64,000 bases of DNA from Trueperaceae bacterium (GCA_965214405.1 OZ243956.1:2400001-2464000), one strand, 5' to 3'; numbered from the stretch's first letter, positions 20,566-30,391 are shown. A program made the numbers and translations. Notes: generated from the letters alone by a model not told the origin.

Positions 20566-20800
20566 CTGTTAAAAACTAAACAGCTTAGCGTGTGAGTCAA
20601 AGATGTGTGGAAGATGATGGGTCGCTCTGGTAGACTGACTCCGTTACGAAGCTTTAGTGGCCCCAACCGACAGATTTAACTCACAATGCTCAACCGTAAT
20701 CTCGCAAGCTTTGTTCACATCCCTTGAGGCATGACGCGTTTTTCACCCAAAATCTCAGATCCAGTTGGGTGTAGCGTGTGTTGGGGCAGGGGAGGAAACT

Positions 20801-23140
20801 ATGAGTATATCTGTAAGCAGGACCATATTCATTTCTCTGCTGCTTACCACCCTCGTCTCTTGCAATCCTCAAGATGAACCAGCCACCGAACCGTCCACAC
20901 CGTCGGCACCGGAGGCCCTCCGCACCGAGTCCCTAACGCTGTACAACGCCGATACAGACGAAAGTATCAGGCCGCTGAACGACGGCGACACGCTCAACCT
21001 TTCAACGTTGACCACCAAAAACCTGAGCATCGTGGCCCGCACGAGCCCCCAGGTGGTTGGGAGCGTCGCGTTTACCCTGGACGGCACCTCGTTTGTCGAT
21101 AACACCTCGCCGTACGCCGTCGCAGGTAGCGACGACGAGGGCGGGAACAGCGCCGACTACACGGCTTGGACGCCAAGCCTAGGCAACCACACGTTGACAG
21201 TCACGCCTTTTAGCGAGCCGGACGCGAGCGGAGAGGCTGGAACGCCCCTAACGTTGGCGTTTAGTGTTGAAGAAATGGACGATGGTCCGGGCGGCGGAAG
21301 CGGGGGACAAAGCGGCGGCGAAGCGCCCAGAGAAAAAGAAGGGCAGTGGCGTAGGCTCTCCCAGAGTCCGACGAAGCGGCAGGAGGTTGCCTACGTACAA
21401 GTTGACGGCCTGTTCTATCTGGCGGGCGGGAGCACGCAGCAAGAAGTTTACAACCCCGCCACCGACACCTGGCGCACGGTCAAGCCCTTACCCAGGAAGC
21501 TCGATCACATCCAGAGCGTGGCTATAGACGGAAAAATCTATTACATCGGCGGGCTGGCGGGTTGGCCGAAGCCGTCCGTGGACACGGTTTACATTTATGA
21601 CCCGGAGCGCGACAGCTTTACGCAGGGCGCGCCGATGCCAGAGGGCCGCGACCGCGGTGCGGGCGGTGTGGCGGTCTATGACGGGCGCATCTACTACGCG
21701 GGTGGCCTCCACGACGGAAAAGCCGTGGCCTGGTTCGACGTTTATGACCCGGCGCGCGGTAGCTGGAGCACCCTAGAAGACATGCCGACCCCAAGAGATC
21801 ACTTTCAAGGCGCCGTCGTGGGCGGCACTTTTTACGCTATCGGCGGGCGCGACACCACCATTAATGCAACCGTTTCTGTGGTCGAGACTTATGATTTTTC
21901 CAAAAAAACGTGGTCTACGCTCGACACGGACTTGCCGACGCCGCGCGGCGGTTTCGCAACCGCCGTGCTGGGCGACGAAATTTTCACCATCGGCGGCGAG
22001 GGCGGGGGCAAGGCTTATAATGAAGTCGAAGCGTACAACCCCACCACCAACACCTGGCGCACCTTAGCGCCCATGCCGACGGCGCGTCACGGGATTCAGG
22101 CGGCGGTCTGTAACGGCGGCGTCTATATCGCGGCGGGCGGCGCGGAGCAAGCGGGCGGCGCGCCCACCAACGACCACGAGGTTTTGTCGCTGGGGAGCCT
22201 CGAGCCCTGCGAGCCGAGTGAGCCCACACCGAAAATCACCAAGATAAGCTGGAAAGACGTGGCCGACGCGCCCGTTGCGGTGACTGAGGCGCAGGGTACG
22301 GCCGTGGAGGGTAAACTCTATGTGTTCGGCGGCTACACCTCCTGGGCGTCTTTTTGCACGACCAAACGTTCAGATGTTTATGACCCCGCCACCAACACCT
22401 GGGAGCGGCTGCCGGACATGCCCGAGCCCTGGACCCACGCGGGCGTCGCTGTAGACGGCGACGACATTTACCTGGCCGGGGGCTACCTCAACAAACCCAA
22501 TTGTAACAGAGCCGAAGTGGCAACCACCACGGTGTGGAAGTTCGACTCAGACGAGAAAACCTGGAGCAAAAATCTACCCCCCCTACCCGAGCCGCGCGGC
22601 TCGAGCGGCTTTGTGCGGGTGGGGCGTACGCTCCACTTTTTTGGCGGGACGGACACCGACCGCGAGGACAAAGGCGATCACTGGGCGCTGCGGCTCGACG
22701 GCGGCACCGCCTGGGAGCGGCTGGCCCCTCTGCCCAACCCGCGAAGTCATATGGCGTACGTCACCTTTGACGACAAAATTTACGTGATAGGCGGTCAGCA
22801 CTGCTTCGAAGCGTGCGCCGTGGACCAGCGGTCGGTCAGTATCTACGACCCCACGACCGACACCTGGTCTCGAGGGGCCGACCTGCCCTTTCCCCTCTCC
22901 CACACATCCTCGTCAACCTTCGTTGTGGGCAACGTGATTGTTGTGGCCGGTGGAGAAAAAGCGCACAGCGATCATGTAGCCAGCGTGCTCGCCTACAGCC
23001 CCGCCGCGGACACCTGGAAGTCTCTCACACCCTTACCCGCCGAGCGCAGCGCGGGTGTAGGCAGCATGGTCGGGAACGCCATCCTCTTTTCGGGCGGCGG
23101 GAACTTTAACGAAACGGCGTTCAAGGGTACATTCCGGTAA
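20801..23140 (+). CDS. Lipoprotein with N-terminal beta-rich domain and two Kelch beta-propellers
   Basis: Lipobox LVSC; about 12 GG...YDP...W Kelch repeats in two blocks joined by an EP-rich linker. Confidence 0.88.
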   Translation: MSISVSRTIFISLLLTTLVSCNPQDEPATEPSTPSAPEALRTESLTLYNADTDESIRPLNDGDTLNLSTLTTKNLSIVARTSPQVVGSVAFTLDGTSFVDNTSPYAVAGSDDEGGNSADYTAWTPSLGNHTLTVTPFSEPDASGEAGTPLTLAFSVEEMDDGPGGGSGGQSGGEAPREKEGQWRRLSQSPTKRQEVAYVQVDGLFYLAGGSTQQEVYNPATDTWRTVKPLPRKLDHIQSVAIDGKIYYIGGLAGWPKPSVDTVYIYDPERDSFTQGAPMPEGRDRGAGGVAVYDGRIYYAGGLHDGKAVAWFDVYDPARGSWSTLEDMPTPRDHFQGAVVGGTFYAIGGRDTTINATVSVVETYDFSKKTWSTLDTDLPTPRGGFATAVLGDEIFTIGGEGGGKAYNEVEAYNPTTNTWRTLAPMPTARHGIQAAVCNGGVYIAAGGAEQAGGAPTNDHEVLSLGSLEPCEPSEPTPKITKISWKDVADAPVAVTEAQGTAVEGKLYVFGGYTSWASFCTTKRSDVYDPATNTWERLPDMPEPWTHAGVAVDGDDIYLAGGYLNKPNCNRAEVATTTVWKFDSDEKTWSKNLPPLPEPRGSSGFVRVGRTLHFFGGTDTDREDKGDHWALRLDGGTAWERLAPLPNPRSHMAYVTFDDKIYVIGGQHCFEACAVDQRSVSIYDPTTDTWSRGADLPFPLSHTSSSTFVVGNVIVVAGGEKAHSDHVASVLAYSPAADTWKSLTPLPAERSAGVGSMVGNAILFSGGGNFNETAFKGTFR

Positions 23141-23362
23141 ACGGCAGGATTTGCGGGACGTGCAGAAGGCCGACAGAAGCGCGTCAAGCTCTTGCGGGGC
23201 GCGGCTCGAGGACGCCGTAAATCTACGGTAAACCGCCACGTAAAGCTGATCCTAAAGTCACAGCTCTCTCCTGTTACCGAGCTTTAGTGAGCCAGCGCGT
23301 CCCGCTCAGGCAGGACGTACCTTTCGCAGTTTGCTGCGTCACGCGAGTTCATCACAAAAGTG

Positions 23363-23392
23363 AAAAAGAGGAGCCCCAGAACGGGCTCCTCT
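23363..23392 (-). terminator. Intrinsic terminator originally downstream of tRNA-Asn
   Basis: AGAGGAGCCC/GGGCTCCTCT stem, T-run on minus strand, directly after the displaced tRNA 3' end. Confidence 0.8.
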
Positions 23393-23398
23393 CACTTC

Positions 23399-23444
23399 TG
23401 GCTCCGCGACCTGGATTCGAACCAGGGACCATTCGATTAACAGT
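23399..23444 (-). repeat. att core: duplicated 3' 46 bp of tRNA-Asn
   Basis: Identical to 60321-60366; diverges just beyond the anticodon loop. Confidence 0.97.
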
Positions 23445-23555
23445 TGAGCTAGGTTCATCACGCTTGGTCACGTGTCTTCATGAAAGACTGTGCTAGACAT
23501 TGTTTCATATCCTCTCAGCGGTGCCTCTTCACGCCGGACTATGCCGTTTGTCGTC

Positions 23556-23580
23556 CTATAAGCTGTACTTAAGCTGTACT
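23556..23580 (+). repeat. Putative integrase arm-binding site (left)
   Basis: CTATAAGCTGTACTTAAGCTGTACT, identical to 60229-60253; contains TAAGCTGTACT twice. Confidence 0.8.
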
Positions 23581-23669
23581 AATTGCACGTTGGAGAGCCC
23601 ATACTACATAATAAAACTATAGCCATAACATACCTGAGACACCTGATGTTGTTTGGTTTAGTCGGGAAG

Positions 23670-24878
23670 CAGGGCAAACGCAAAGTCATGACTGGAGCAA
23701 CCTGAGCAAGTAGTCCTGATCCCGGCCTGCCCGCTTGCGCTTAGCGGCCACACCTGCTTTGATGGTTTTGTCGCGCTTCAAGAGACTCACCGCCAAGTGT
23801 CGCACAGCGACCAGATTGGCCTGAGCATTTTCCGTTCGTGCTCGTGAGCCGTCTTCATTAAAGGCGACATCCAACACCCAATGCAAGCCGTTCTCGATTC
23901 CCCAATGCTTTCTAGCAGCACTCAGGGCACGCGTGGCATCACAAGGCAAACTAGTGATGAAAAACCGCTCGGCTGTTTGCTCTTCGCCGCTAGTCCACCT
24001 TGAGCCTCGCACCCTTACTACACACGGCAAATCTCGCCACATCTCGCGCTCTTCGATTGCTTCTAGGTTTGAAAGCACCCAGCACTCCCTAGTTTCCAGC
24101 CGCCCGTGTCCTTTATCTACCGTTTTAGTGTAGCTGTGCTCAAGCTTCTCCCAACCGATCTCATCGGCATGAGAAAACAGCCATCGCGTATCTTCAAAGA
24201 GCTTGGGATGATCGTCTTTAAGGGCGAGTAAGTAATGAGCGTGATGCTCCCGAGCGGTCCAGGCGATGTGTACGGGGCAACCCATTGCGTCGGTTGTGAC
24301 CACCCTGGCGGGACTGACAATTTCAAGCAACTCGGGGATGACGGTGATTTCGTTGGTCTTCTGATCAACTCCCTCTTACGCTAGCACAATCTCGAACTGA
24401 CTCGGCCAAACGCTGACAGTGTGCAGCGCCCCCAAACCGTTTTTGTGTGAGCGTCTAGCTGTTTTGCCGTCGACTGCCAGCACTTCGTCCTCCCCTTCAG
24501 GCAGTTCAGGCAGTACGAGGGTCTGGGTCCAGGCTGGGAAACGTGCTTGCCAAGCGTCAGGGTCAAGTGCGGCAAACACGCGCTGAAAGGTGTCATGGCT
24601 AGGAATGCCATGCGGAAGTTCGAGAAAACCCTCTAACCACTCCCGTTTCGCTACCCCGCACTCTTGAATCTCGGTGAAATTGTCAGCGTCGCGGATAACA
24701 GCTAAAATGCTGATGCCGATGATGTACACCAGTTTATGCCGAACGCCCCTTGGTTCCCGAGGATCGGGGAGATCGTTGAAGTGCTCCAGCAGACCAGGAA
24801 TTTCTATCTCTGTCATGCTTGAGCCTAGTTCTGCTCCTTCGCTATCTGACTTCCCTAGACGGCTTTGCGTTTGCCCTG
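23670..24878 (-). mobile_element. ISAs1 family element, degenerate
   Basis: Perfect 16-bp IRs CAGGGCAAACGCAAAG (23670-23685 / 24863-24878); no target duplication seen. Confidence 0.9.
23686..24816 (-). pseudogene. ISAs1 transposase pseudogene
   Basis: LPDPR, GIPSHDTF, VDGKT, GHGRLETR, HWGIENGLHWVLDVAF; in-frame TAA at 24376-24378. Confidence 0.9.
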
Positions 24879-24991
24879 TGCAGGCCGACCAAGTCATTGA
24901 CATTACGAATAGGATAGTTTATAAATAGATAACAACTTCAACACATCTCTGTGGCAGTCATTTTGATGAAGTATTTGGAAGGGAAGTTCAG

Positions 24992-27832
24992 ATGCGCAAT
25001 CTTAGGACTACCACTGTTACTTTTGTATTGTGTGGATTTCTTTCGGCCTTAGCTCAACCACTGCAAGGAACTTTTGATGGGTTCCGGTCCAATCTACTCC
25101 GCGCGCCGGTTAACGCGGAGGTCACAGGTACTCCAGAGATAGGTGCAGTTTTACCCCTTATTCCCAATACTAGATCGGCAATCAGAGCAACATTTGATCC
25201 AATCACTTATACCTACGAGTTTCTCCGTCATTATGGGATAAAAGGACACCTCGAGGATTTTAATGTCGGCTCAACAAGATGGTACGGCTTCGAAAGGAGC
25301 AGTAGTTTTCAAGGGTTGTCTAGCCCCAAAGAATCGGGGTCGCCGATTGCAAAGACATCACTGGTGCTAAGGTCAACAAGAGAAGCTCAAGCACTAAATA
25401 ATATGCAAGAACAAGTTGATGCCGTAGCTGAAGTGCTTGCGCTATTTGGATATATACCGTTTAACCTTCCAAATGCTCACATGCCAATATTTTGTGACTC
25501 TTCCGAACCGTTGCTTGACCTTTGGGTTTCTGGGGGCACACAAGATAGCGAATTCCTGATTGAATACCAACGTGCACTTGTAGGAAATTTTCAAACCTAC
25601 CACAAGTTTATAGCTTCAAATTGGTCACTTGACGAGAGTCTTGAGTTAGACATAATTTATGACTTTCTGAGCGGCAAGCGAATACTAGACTGTGTAGCAG
25701 AGAAGTTTAAACGCAAAAAGTTTGAGCAAAACCCACTTACTGTTGATCTGATATCGCATGGAGAGGTGAACCTCCCCTATAACTTCCCACTTCTTAATAA
25801 TCCTGGGTCTGCACTTTTTAGCTTTCATTTGTCTGCTACTCATTCCTGCAGCGACCTGTTTGTGACAATGCAAGACATCATTGGCGGTATGTTGACATAC
25901 TGGACCAAACTAAAAGAATACCCCCTATACGACACCTGGGACCGCATTATTCTTGCCGAAGTCGGGCGACAGTATCAAGTGCTTGGTATTGAAGCAGCTC
26001 ATGAGAAACTTATTGATGCCCTGAACCTCCTTAGGCAGAACACCAGCGAAGCCGCCATCCCATGCATTTATTTGAGCAATGTAGTACCAGATATAGCAAA
26101 AGAGTACGAAAATTATCAAATCGCGTTCACTTCGGCAGTTGCACGGGGTGAGGCGGAAGAAAGCGCTGCAGGTTACTATGCATGGCTTAGTCCGCAAAGA
26201 GCCAACGTACCCGGTGAAGATCCGTCATATTTCTACCTATTACAAGCTGTAAAGCGAGCGATGGAGGCTCACGAATCTCAGCTAGGTGCTTTGGAAAGAG
26301 CCGCTGAAACTAGTAGTGAAGCAGTGGTGCCTTTCCCTTTTCCTAACGGTGCTCAAACTGATATCGTTAGACTTGTCAATGATGAAGAACGGCAAGTATG
26401 GGCAGAAAAATATCTATCGGCAGTCTTTGGTGTAAAGAGGAGTGATTATGAAACAAGGGAGAAATACTTAGAAGAAAAGGAGAGATATAAGGAGAGATAT
26501 TTCGAAGGTGCGGCAGCAGATGTCACAAATATTTTTAAACCGATTCTTTACTATTGGGGAGACCCTATTTGGCACCCGTTAGGCTTGGCAGACACACCTC
26601 GCCTAAAAGTTGATACTGCGAATGTTGGCGCAACATTTAATGAACGGGTGATACTTCAATCGTTGATTACACCAATTACTGCATTTGCGGAAAGTGCTGG
26701 TTTTGGGCTCCTCGAAATCATTCCCGAAACGCCGTGCATTTATGAAACCCCTGACTCCATCTCCATATGCAATTTGGAAGAGCGTTTTGGCTCGACAACA
26801 TTATCTGCCAACAGCTTCTATGAACCTTATCAAAGGATACTTGAGCGGGGTCAACGTTCGCTTGATGCAATGAGTTCGATGATTATAAATACCCAGAGAA
26901 GTGAGTACACAGTCCTATCAAACCTATCAAATCAGCTCAACCGGGTTATGGATTTGTTGACGACTATGCGTACAGCTTTCGAAGATATCAACCGCGTAAC
27001 GTCAAATGGAGATGATCCTCGGATTGAGAGCATCTTGGATGAGATTGAAAAAGCGCTCCTGGGGGGCGTAATTAGACGTGCTCAATACTCGCTTAACCAA
27101 ATAAGTCAGCTGGATGCCAGCAGCGACCCCGTGAGAAGTAGTCGTCTCAGTGATTACCTAGCTTTGTCAAATGAGATTGCCGCCATTACGGATGCACTAG
27201 TTGACTTTCGTTCAAACTTGTTTCAATTAGGGGTAGAGAACGGTGAAGCAATCAACGATATTCATCGTAGCTACAACAATGGCTTAATGCTTGCACCCAC
27301 GCTTGGGATCGTACAGCAACTTCAGGTAAAAGCCGGTGACAGCGTTTTATCCGGCTCGCCCCTTCTCTCCTACGAAGCGCTGGGGAAAGTAGAAATAAGG
27401 CTTGAGCAGGAATCAGGGCTTACTTTTCCTGCTGAGCAAACTGTGTTGGCCACCATGACTGTCGACGGGGTGGGACTTTGTGAAGCGCTTTCGAAAAGCC
27501 TTGTAAACATTCATGAAGGGGCAGAAGTCCTTTTAAGGCATATGGAGACTCAATGCATGGGGAGGGTTCAACCCTTATCAAATACTTCCTCCGAAACTTT
27601 GATGCAATTCGAGTTTACCCAAGTGCTTAATGGATACGTCTCAGTAATTTACATAAGCAATTGGTTGAAGGCAGTTGATAGTGGGACTGACACTCGTTTC
27701 TGGCGTGGCTATGTATCATCTCGGCTAAACAGCGATCTCCTAAGCGATCAACAGGCATTTGCTGAAACGACTCGTAATTTGTTTGAGACGAGTGACATCA
27801 TTTCAATCAACTTAATTGGCGATGAATATTAG
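24992..27832 (+). CDS. 946-aa secreted hypothetical protein with HlyD/membrane-fusion-like lipoyl half-motifs
   Basis: Signal peptide; LLRAPVNAEV near N-terminus and LAPTLGIVQQLQVKAGDSVLSGSPLL near C-terminus; low GC. Confidence 0.55.
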   Translation: MRNLRTTTVTFVLCGFLSALAQPLQGTFDGFRSNLLRAPVNAEVTGTPEIGAVLPLIPNTRSAIRATFDPITYTYEFLRHYGIKGHLEDFNVGSTRWYGFERSSSFQGLSSPKESGSPIAKTSLVLRSTREAQALNNMQEQVDAVAEVLALFGYIPFNLPNAHMPIFCDSSEPLLDLWVSGGTQDSEFLIEYQRALVGNFQTYHKFIASNWSLDESLELDIIYDFLSGKRILDCVAEKFKRKKFEQNPLTVDLISHGEVNLPYNFPLLNNPGSALFSFHLSATHSCSDLFVTMQDIIGGMLTYWTKLKEYPLYDTWDRIILAEVGRQYQVLGIEAAHEKLIDALNLLRQNTSEAAIPCIYLSNVVPDIAKEYENYQIAFTSAVARGEAEESAAGYYAWLSPQRANVPGEDPSYFYLLQAVKRAMEAHESQLGALERAAETSSEAVVPFPFPNGAQTDIVRLVNDEERQVWAEKYLSAVFGVKRSDYETREKYLEEKERYKERYFEGAAADVTNIFKPILYYWGDPIWHPLGLADTPRLKVDTANVGATFNERVILQSLITPITAFAESAGFGLLEIIPETPCIYETPDSISICNLEERFGSTTLSANSFYEPYQRILERGQRSLDAMSSMIINTQRSEYTVLSNLSNQLNRVMDLLTTMRTAFEDINRVTSNGDDPRIESILDEIEKALLGGVIRRAQYSLNQISQLDASSDPVRSSRLSDYLALSNEIAAITDALVDFRSNLFQLGVENGEAINDIHRSYNNGLMLAPTLGIVQQLQVKAGDSVLSGSPLLSYEALGKVEIRLEQESGLTFPAEQTVLATMTVDGVGLCEALSKSLVNIHEGAEVLLRHMETQCMGRVQPLSNTSSETLMQFEFTQVLNGYVSVIYISNWLKAVDSGTDTRFWRGYVSSRLNSDLLSDQQAFAETTRNLFETSDIISINLIGDEY

Positions 27833-27839
27833 CACTTAT

Positions 27840-28969
27840 CTCAGTACACGACAGATTTGAAATAAAGGGCTCTCCAGTGAAGAATGGATGTTGCGAGACA
27901 CCACTTCAAGGGAGAGCATATGAAGCATACCGGGTTGCTGGCACAGTTGAAAGCGAGCGGCTTAAAGCTGCACCCGTCACGGCTTAAGTTCTTGAGCTTG
28001 TTGATGATCGCGATGGTGCAGGCAAAGACGGTGAACTTGGCGACGTTGGTAGGCATGATGGAGGGCAGAGCCCAGCCGGACTCGCTTTACAGACGGGCGC
28101 AACGGTTTTTCCAAGGCTTGCACTTGGCCGATGAGACAGTTTTCAGGTACGCGCTGAGTCTAGGTCCCAAGCGAAGCTACAGCCTGTGCCTAGACCGGAC
28201 GAACTGGAAGTTTGGCAAACTCGACATCAACATCTTGACCCTGGCTTATGCGCATGAGGGCGTAGCGGTTCCCTTACTGTGGTGTCTTTTGCCCAAGGCT
28301 GGCAACTCCGCCACGCAAGAACGCATTACGCTTTTGGAGCGTTTGCTAAAACTTTTGCCCGTAGACCAGCTAGAGGTGCTGCTAGCCGATAGGGAGTTCA
28401 TCGGGGGCGACTGGTTCGCTTATCTTGAGCGTAAGCACATCCCTTTCGTTATCCGCGTGCGTAAAGACGCTCTCGGTGATGGCTGGTTTCATCTGTTCGG
28501 CTTTTTCCAGCATCTACCTGTGGGTGAGCACAAGGTACTTAAACAGCGCTACACTGTCTTTGGTGTTGAGCTTGGGGTTGCAGGCGCGCGTTTAGAGGGT
28601 GGAGAATACATCATCGTCGTCACCAACCGCAATCCTAAGCAGGCCCTCGCAAGCTACGCGAAGCGCTGGCAGATAGAATGCTTGTTCAAAGCCTTGAAAA
28701 GCAGCGGCTTTGACTTTGAAGCTACGCATCTCAAGCACCTAGAGCGCATTAACACCTTACTTGTCGTTGTGACCCTGGCTTTCTTATGGGCCTTGAAAGT
28801 CGGAGCATTTGTTCACCGTCAGCTCAAACCTGTTCGAATGAAGTCGCACGGGCGCAAGCAGAAGTCTTTATTCCGGGCAGGCTTAGACCATCTCAGGCAT
28901 CTGCTCACCAACTCGGCAACCAAAAAGCCTGACCTGGACCGCTGTTTTCGGCTTTTGTCGTGTACTTAG
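27840..28969 (+). mobile_element. IS4 family element (IS10-like), 1130 bp
   Basis: IRs CTCAGTACACGACA / TGTCGTGTACTTAG; 9-bp target duplication AGCACTTAT (27831-27839 / 28970-28978). Confidence 0.92.
27884..28969 (+). CDS. IS4 family transposase, apparently intact
   Basis: LDRTNWK, LADREF, YAKRWQIECLFKALK (YREK); start may be 27920. Confidence 0.92.
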   Translation: MDVARHHFKGEHMKHTGLLAQLKASGLKLHPSRLKFLSLLMIAMVQAKTVNLATLVGMMEGRAQPDSLYRRAQRFFQGLHLADETVFRYALSLGPKRSYSLCLDRTNWKFGKLDINILTLAYAHEGVAVPLLWCLLPKAGNSATQERITLLERLLKLLPVDQLEVLLADREFIGGDWFAYLERKHIPFVIRVRKDALGDGWFHLFGFFQHLPVGEHKVLKQRYTVFGVELGVAGARLEGGEYIIVVTNRNPKQALASYAKRWQIECLFKALKSSGFDFEATHLKHLERINTLLVVVTLAFLWALKVGAFVHRQLKPVRMKSHGRKQKSLFRAGLDHLRHLLTNSATKKPDLDRCFRLLSCT

Positions 28970-29052
28970 AGCACTTATATAACTCTGCCTTCGGTTAGAT
29001 CCCATAAAATGCCCAAACATGGGTGCGTAACCGGTCTTTTTAGGAGCGAATC

Positions 29053-29994
29053 ATGAAAAAGTTCCTTTTATTCGCTCTGGTGTTGTTTGGCGCTTTTACT
29101 ACTGGACTGGCCCAGGAAAATGACTTCGATAATCCTTTTAATCTAGGACTAGGTCCTGAGTTCGGGAGTTTTGAAACTGCCGTAGTTTACGACAACCCTT
29201 ACGATTTAGGCTCTGACCTAGACGGTGTTTATGACGGCTCAAACGTAGACCTTGGGAATCTTTATAACAGTTTAGGTAGCTATTACGAGGCTTTCGACCT
29301 AGGCGTTGATTACGAAAGCTTCTATAACAGTTTAGGTAGCTATTACGAAGCTTTCGACCTGGGCGTTGACTACGAAAGCTTCTATAACAGTTCAGCTAGC
29401 TATTACGGAGCTTTCGACCTGGGCGTTGACTACAGCTACTTTGATGTTAGTTCAATGTACTATCACGACTTTTTTGGTCTACGTCATGAACGCCGCTTAG
29501 ATATCATCCTTGCGAATCAAGGACTTAAATCTCCGGTTATTGACCCCATCGATATCTTTAGCGGCTATGCCGTTGGTTCTTTATTAACTCGCGGCTCAGT
29601 TGGATATATTGTAGGCAATACAGTACTTAGATCTAGCGTAGAAAAGACAGCAGCGCAAATTAGCGCTCGGAAAATTGGAGTCACTGTTTTAGGTAAGGAT
29701 GGCACTTACCAAGTTTATGCAGAGAGGATAGGTGCCAGGTATTTTGAAATTTCTCCCGAGGTTTGGAAATCAATGACCCGGCCGGATAAGTGGAAATTAA
29801 ACCAGGAATTCTTAGACGAAACGATAAGGCGCGGAGATATGATTGTACTATCAAATCCAGTTAAAACTTTAGATGGGGCCACAGGAATGTATCACCAAGA
29901 GCTGAAATATTTAGTCAGTAAAGGATATGAACTCAGCAGTGATGGAACAAAAATGGTAATAAAGAATTCAACAAGGCAAAAAAGGCTAGAATGA
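29053..29994 (+). CDS. Secreted protein: Tyr/Asp-rich repeats plus putative polymorphic-toxin C-terminal domain
   Basis: Signal peptide MKKFLLFALVLFGAFTTGLA; 20-aa repeats; SPVIDPID linker; basic C-terminal domain resembling Rhs-type tips (from memory, not searched). Confidence 0.55.
   Translation: MKKFLLFALVLFGAFTTGLAQENDFDNPFNLGLGPEFGSFETAVVYDNPYDLGSDLDGVYDGSNVDLGNLYNSLGSYYEAFDLGVDYESFYNSLGSYYEAFDLGVDYESFYNSSASYYGAFDLGVDYSYFDVSSMYYHDFFGLRHERRLDIILANQGLKSPVIDPIDIFSGYAVGSLLTRGSVGYIVGNTVLRSSVEKTAAQISARKIGVTVLGKDGTYQVYAERIGARYFEISPEVWKSMTRPDKWKLNQEFLDETIRRGDMIVLSNPVKTLDGATGMYHQELKYLVSKGYELSSDGTKMVIKNSTRQKRLE
29263..29433 (+). repeat. Coding 60-bp tandem repeat, about 2.85 copies
   Basis: Unit encodes YNSLGSYYEAFDLGVDYESF. 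Confidence 0.95.
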
Positions 29995-30089
29995 TACTTG
30001 ACGTTGTTTGCTACAAGGGATACTGCTCCAGGAATTCCTTCCAAAACGAACCCAAAGTATGCGAGGGTTAGAAAACTTGGAGGAAAGAG

Positions 30090-30390
30090 ATGGGCAAGCA
30101 AGCTTTGCCCATAAATTCATAAGCATTCAATACCAACGCAACTTTATATACCCAAGCGGAAGATGACCCGAGAGATTTGTGTGTAGGACAGCAAAGTCAA
30201 GTTAGAATCTGCCCGTATTTTTGAGGAGTGCAACAACATTAGAAACAGAGCGACTTTATGGGCAAAGCCGGGCAAGCAAAGAAAAACCTGGAGCGTAGAG
30301 GTCAAAGAGGCGATTGTGCTGTCGGTGCTGCGTGGTGAAACGAGCGTCGCCGAAGCCGCCCGGCAACATAGCGTTCACGAGAGCCTTATT
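30090..30390 (+). pseudogene. IS3 family OrfA remnant interrupted by a MITE and truncated by IS1634
   Basis: Removing the MITE restores MGKQRKTWSVEVKEAIVLSVLRGETSVAEAARQHSVHESLI (HTH_Tnp_1-like) after a GGAGG RBS. Confidence 0.8.
30101..30269. mobile_element. 169-bp MITE with IS903-like (IS5 family) ends
   Basis: IRs AGCTTTGCCCATAAA / TTTATGGGCAAAGCC; 9-bp duplication GGGCAAGCA (30092-30100 / 30270-30278). Confidence 0.88.
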
Positions 30391-30391
30391 C

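Noticed and set aside
23399..23444. Second tRNA-Asn gene
   Set aside because: Only the 3' 46 nt; the 5' acceptor strand and D-arm are missing, so it is the att duplication
29263..29433. CRISPR-like repeat
   Set aside because: Contiguous in-frame 60-bp coding repeat without spacers
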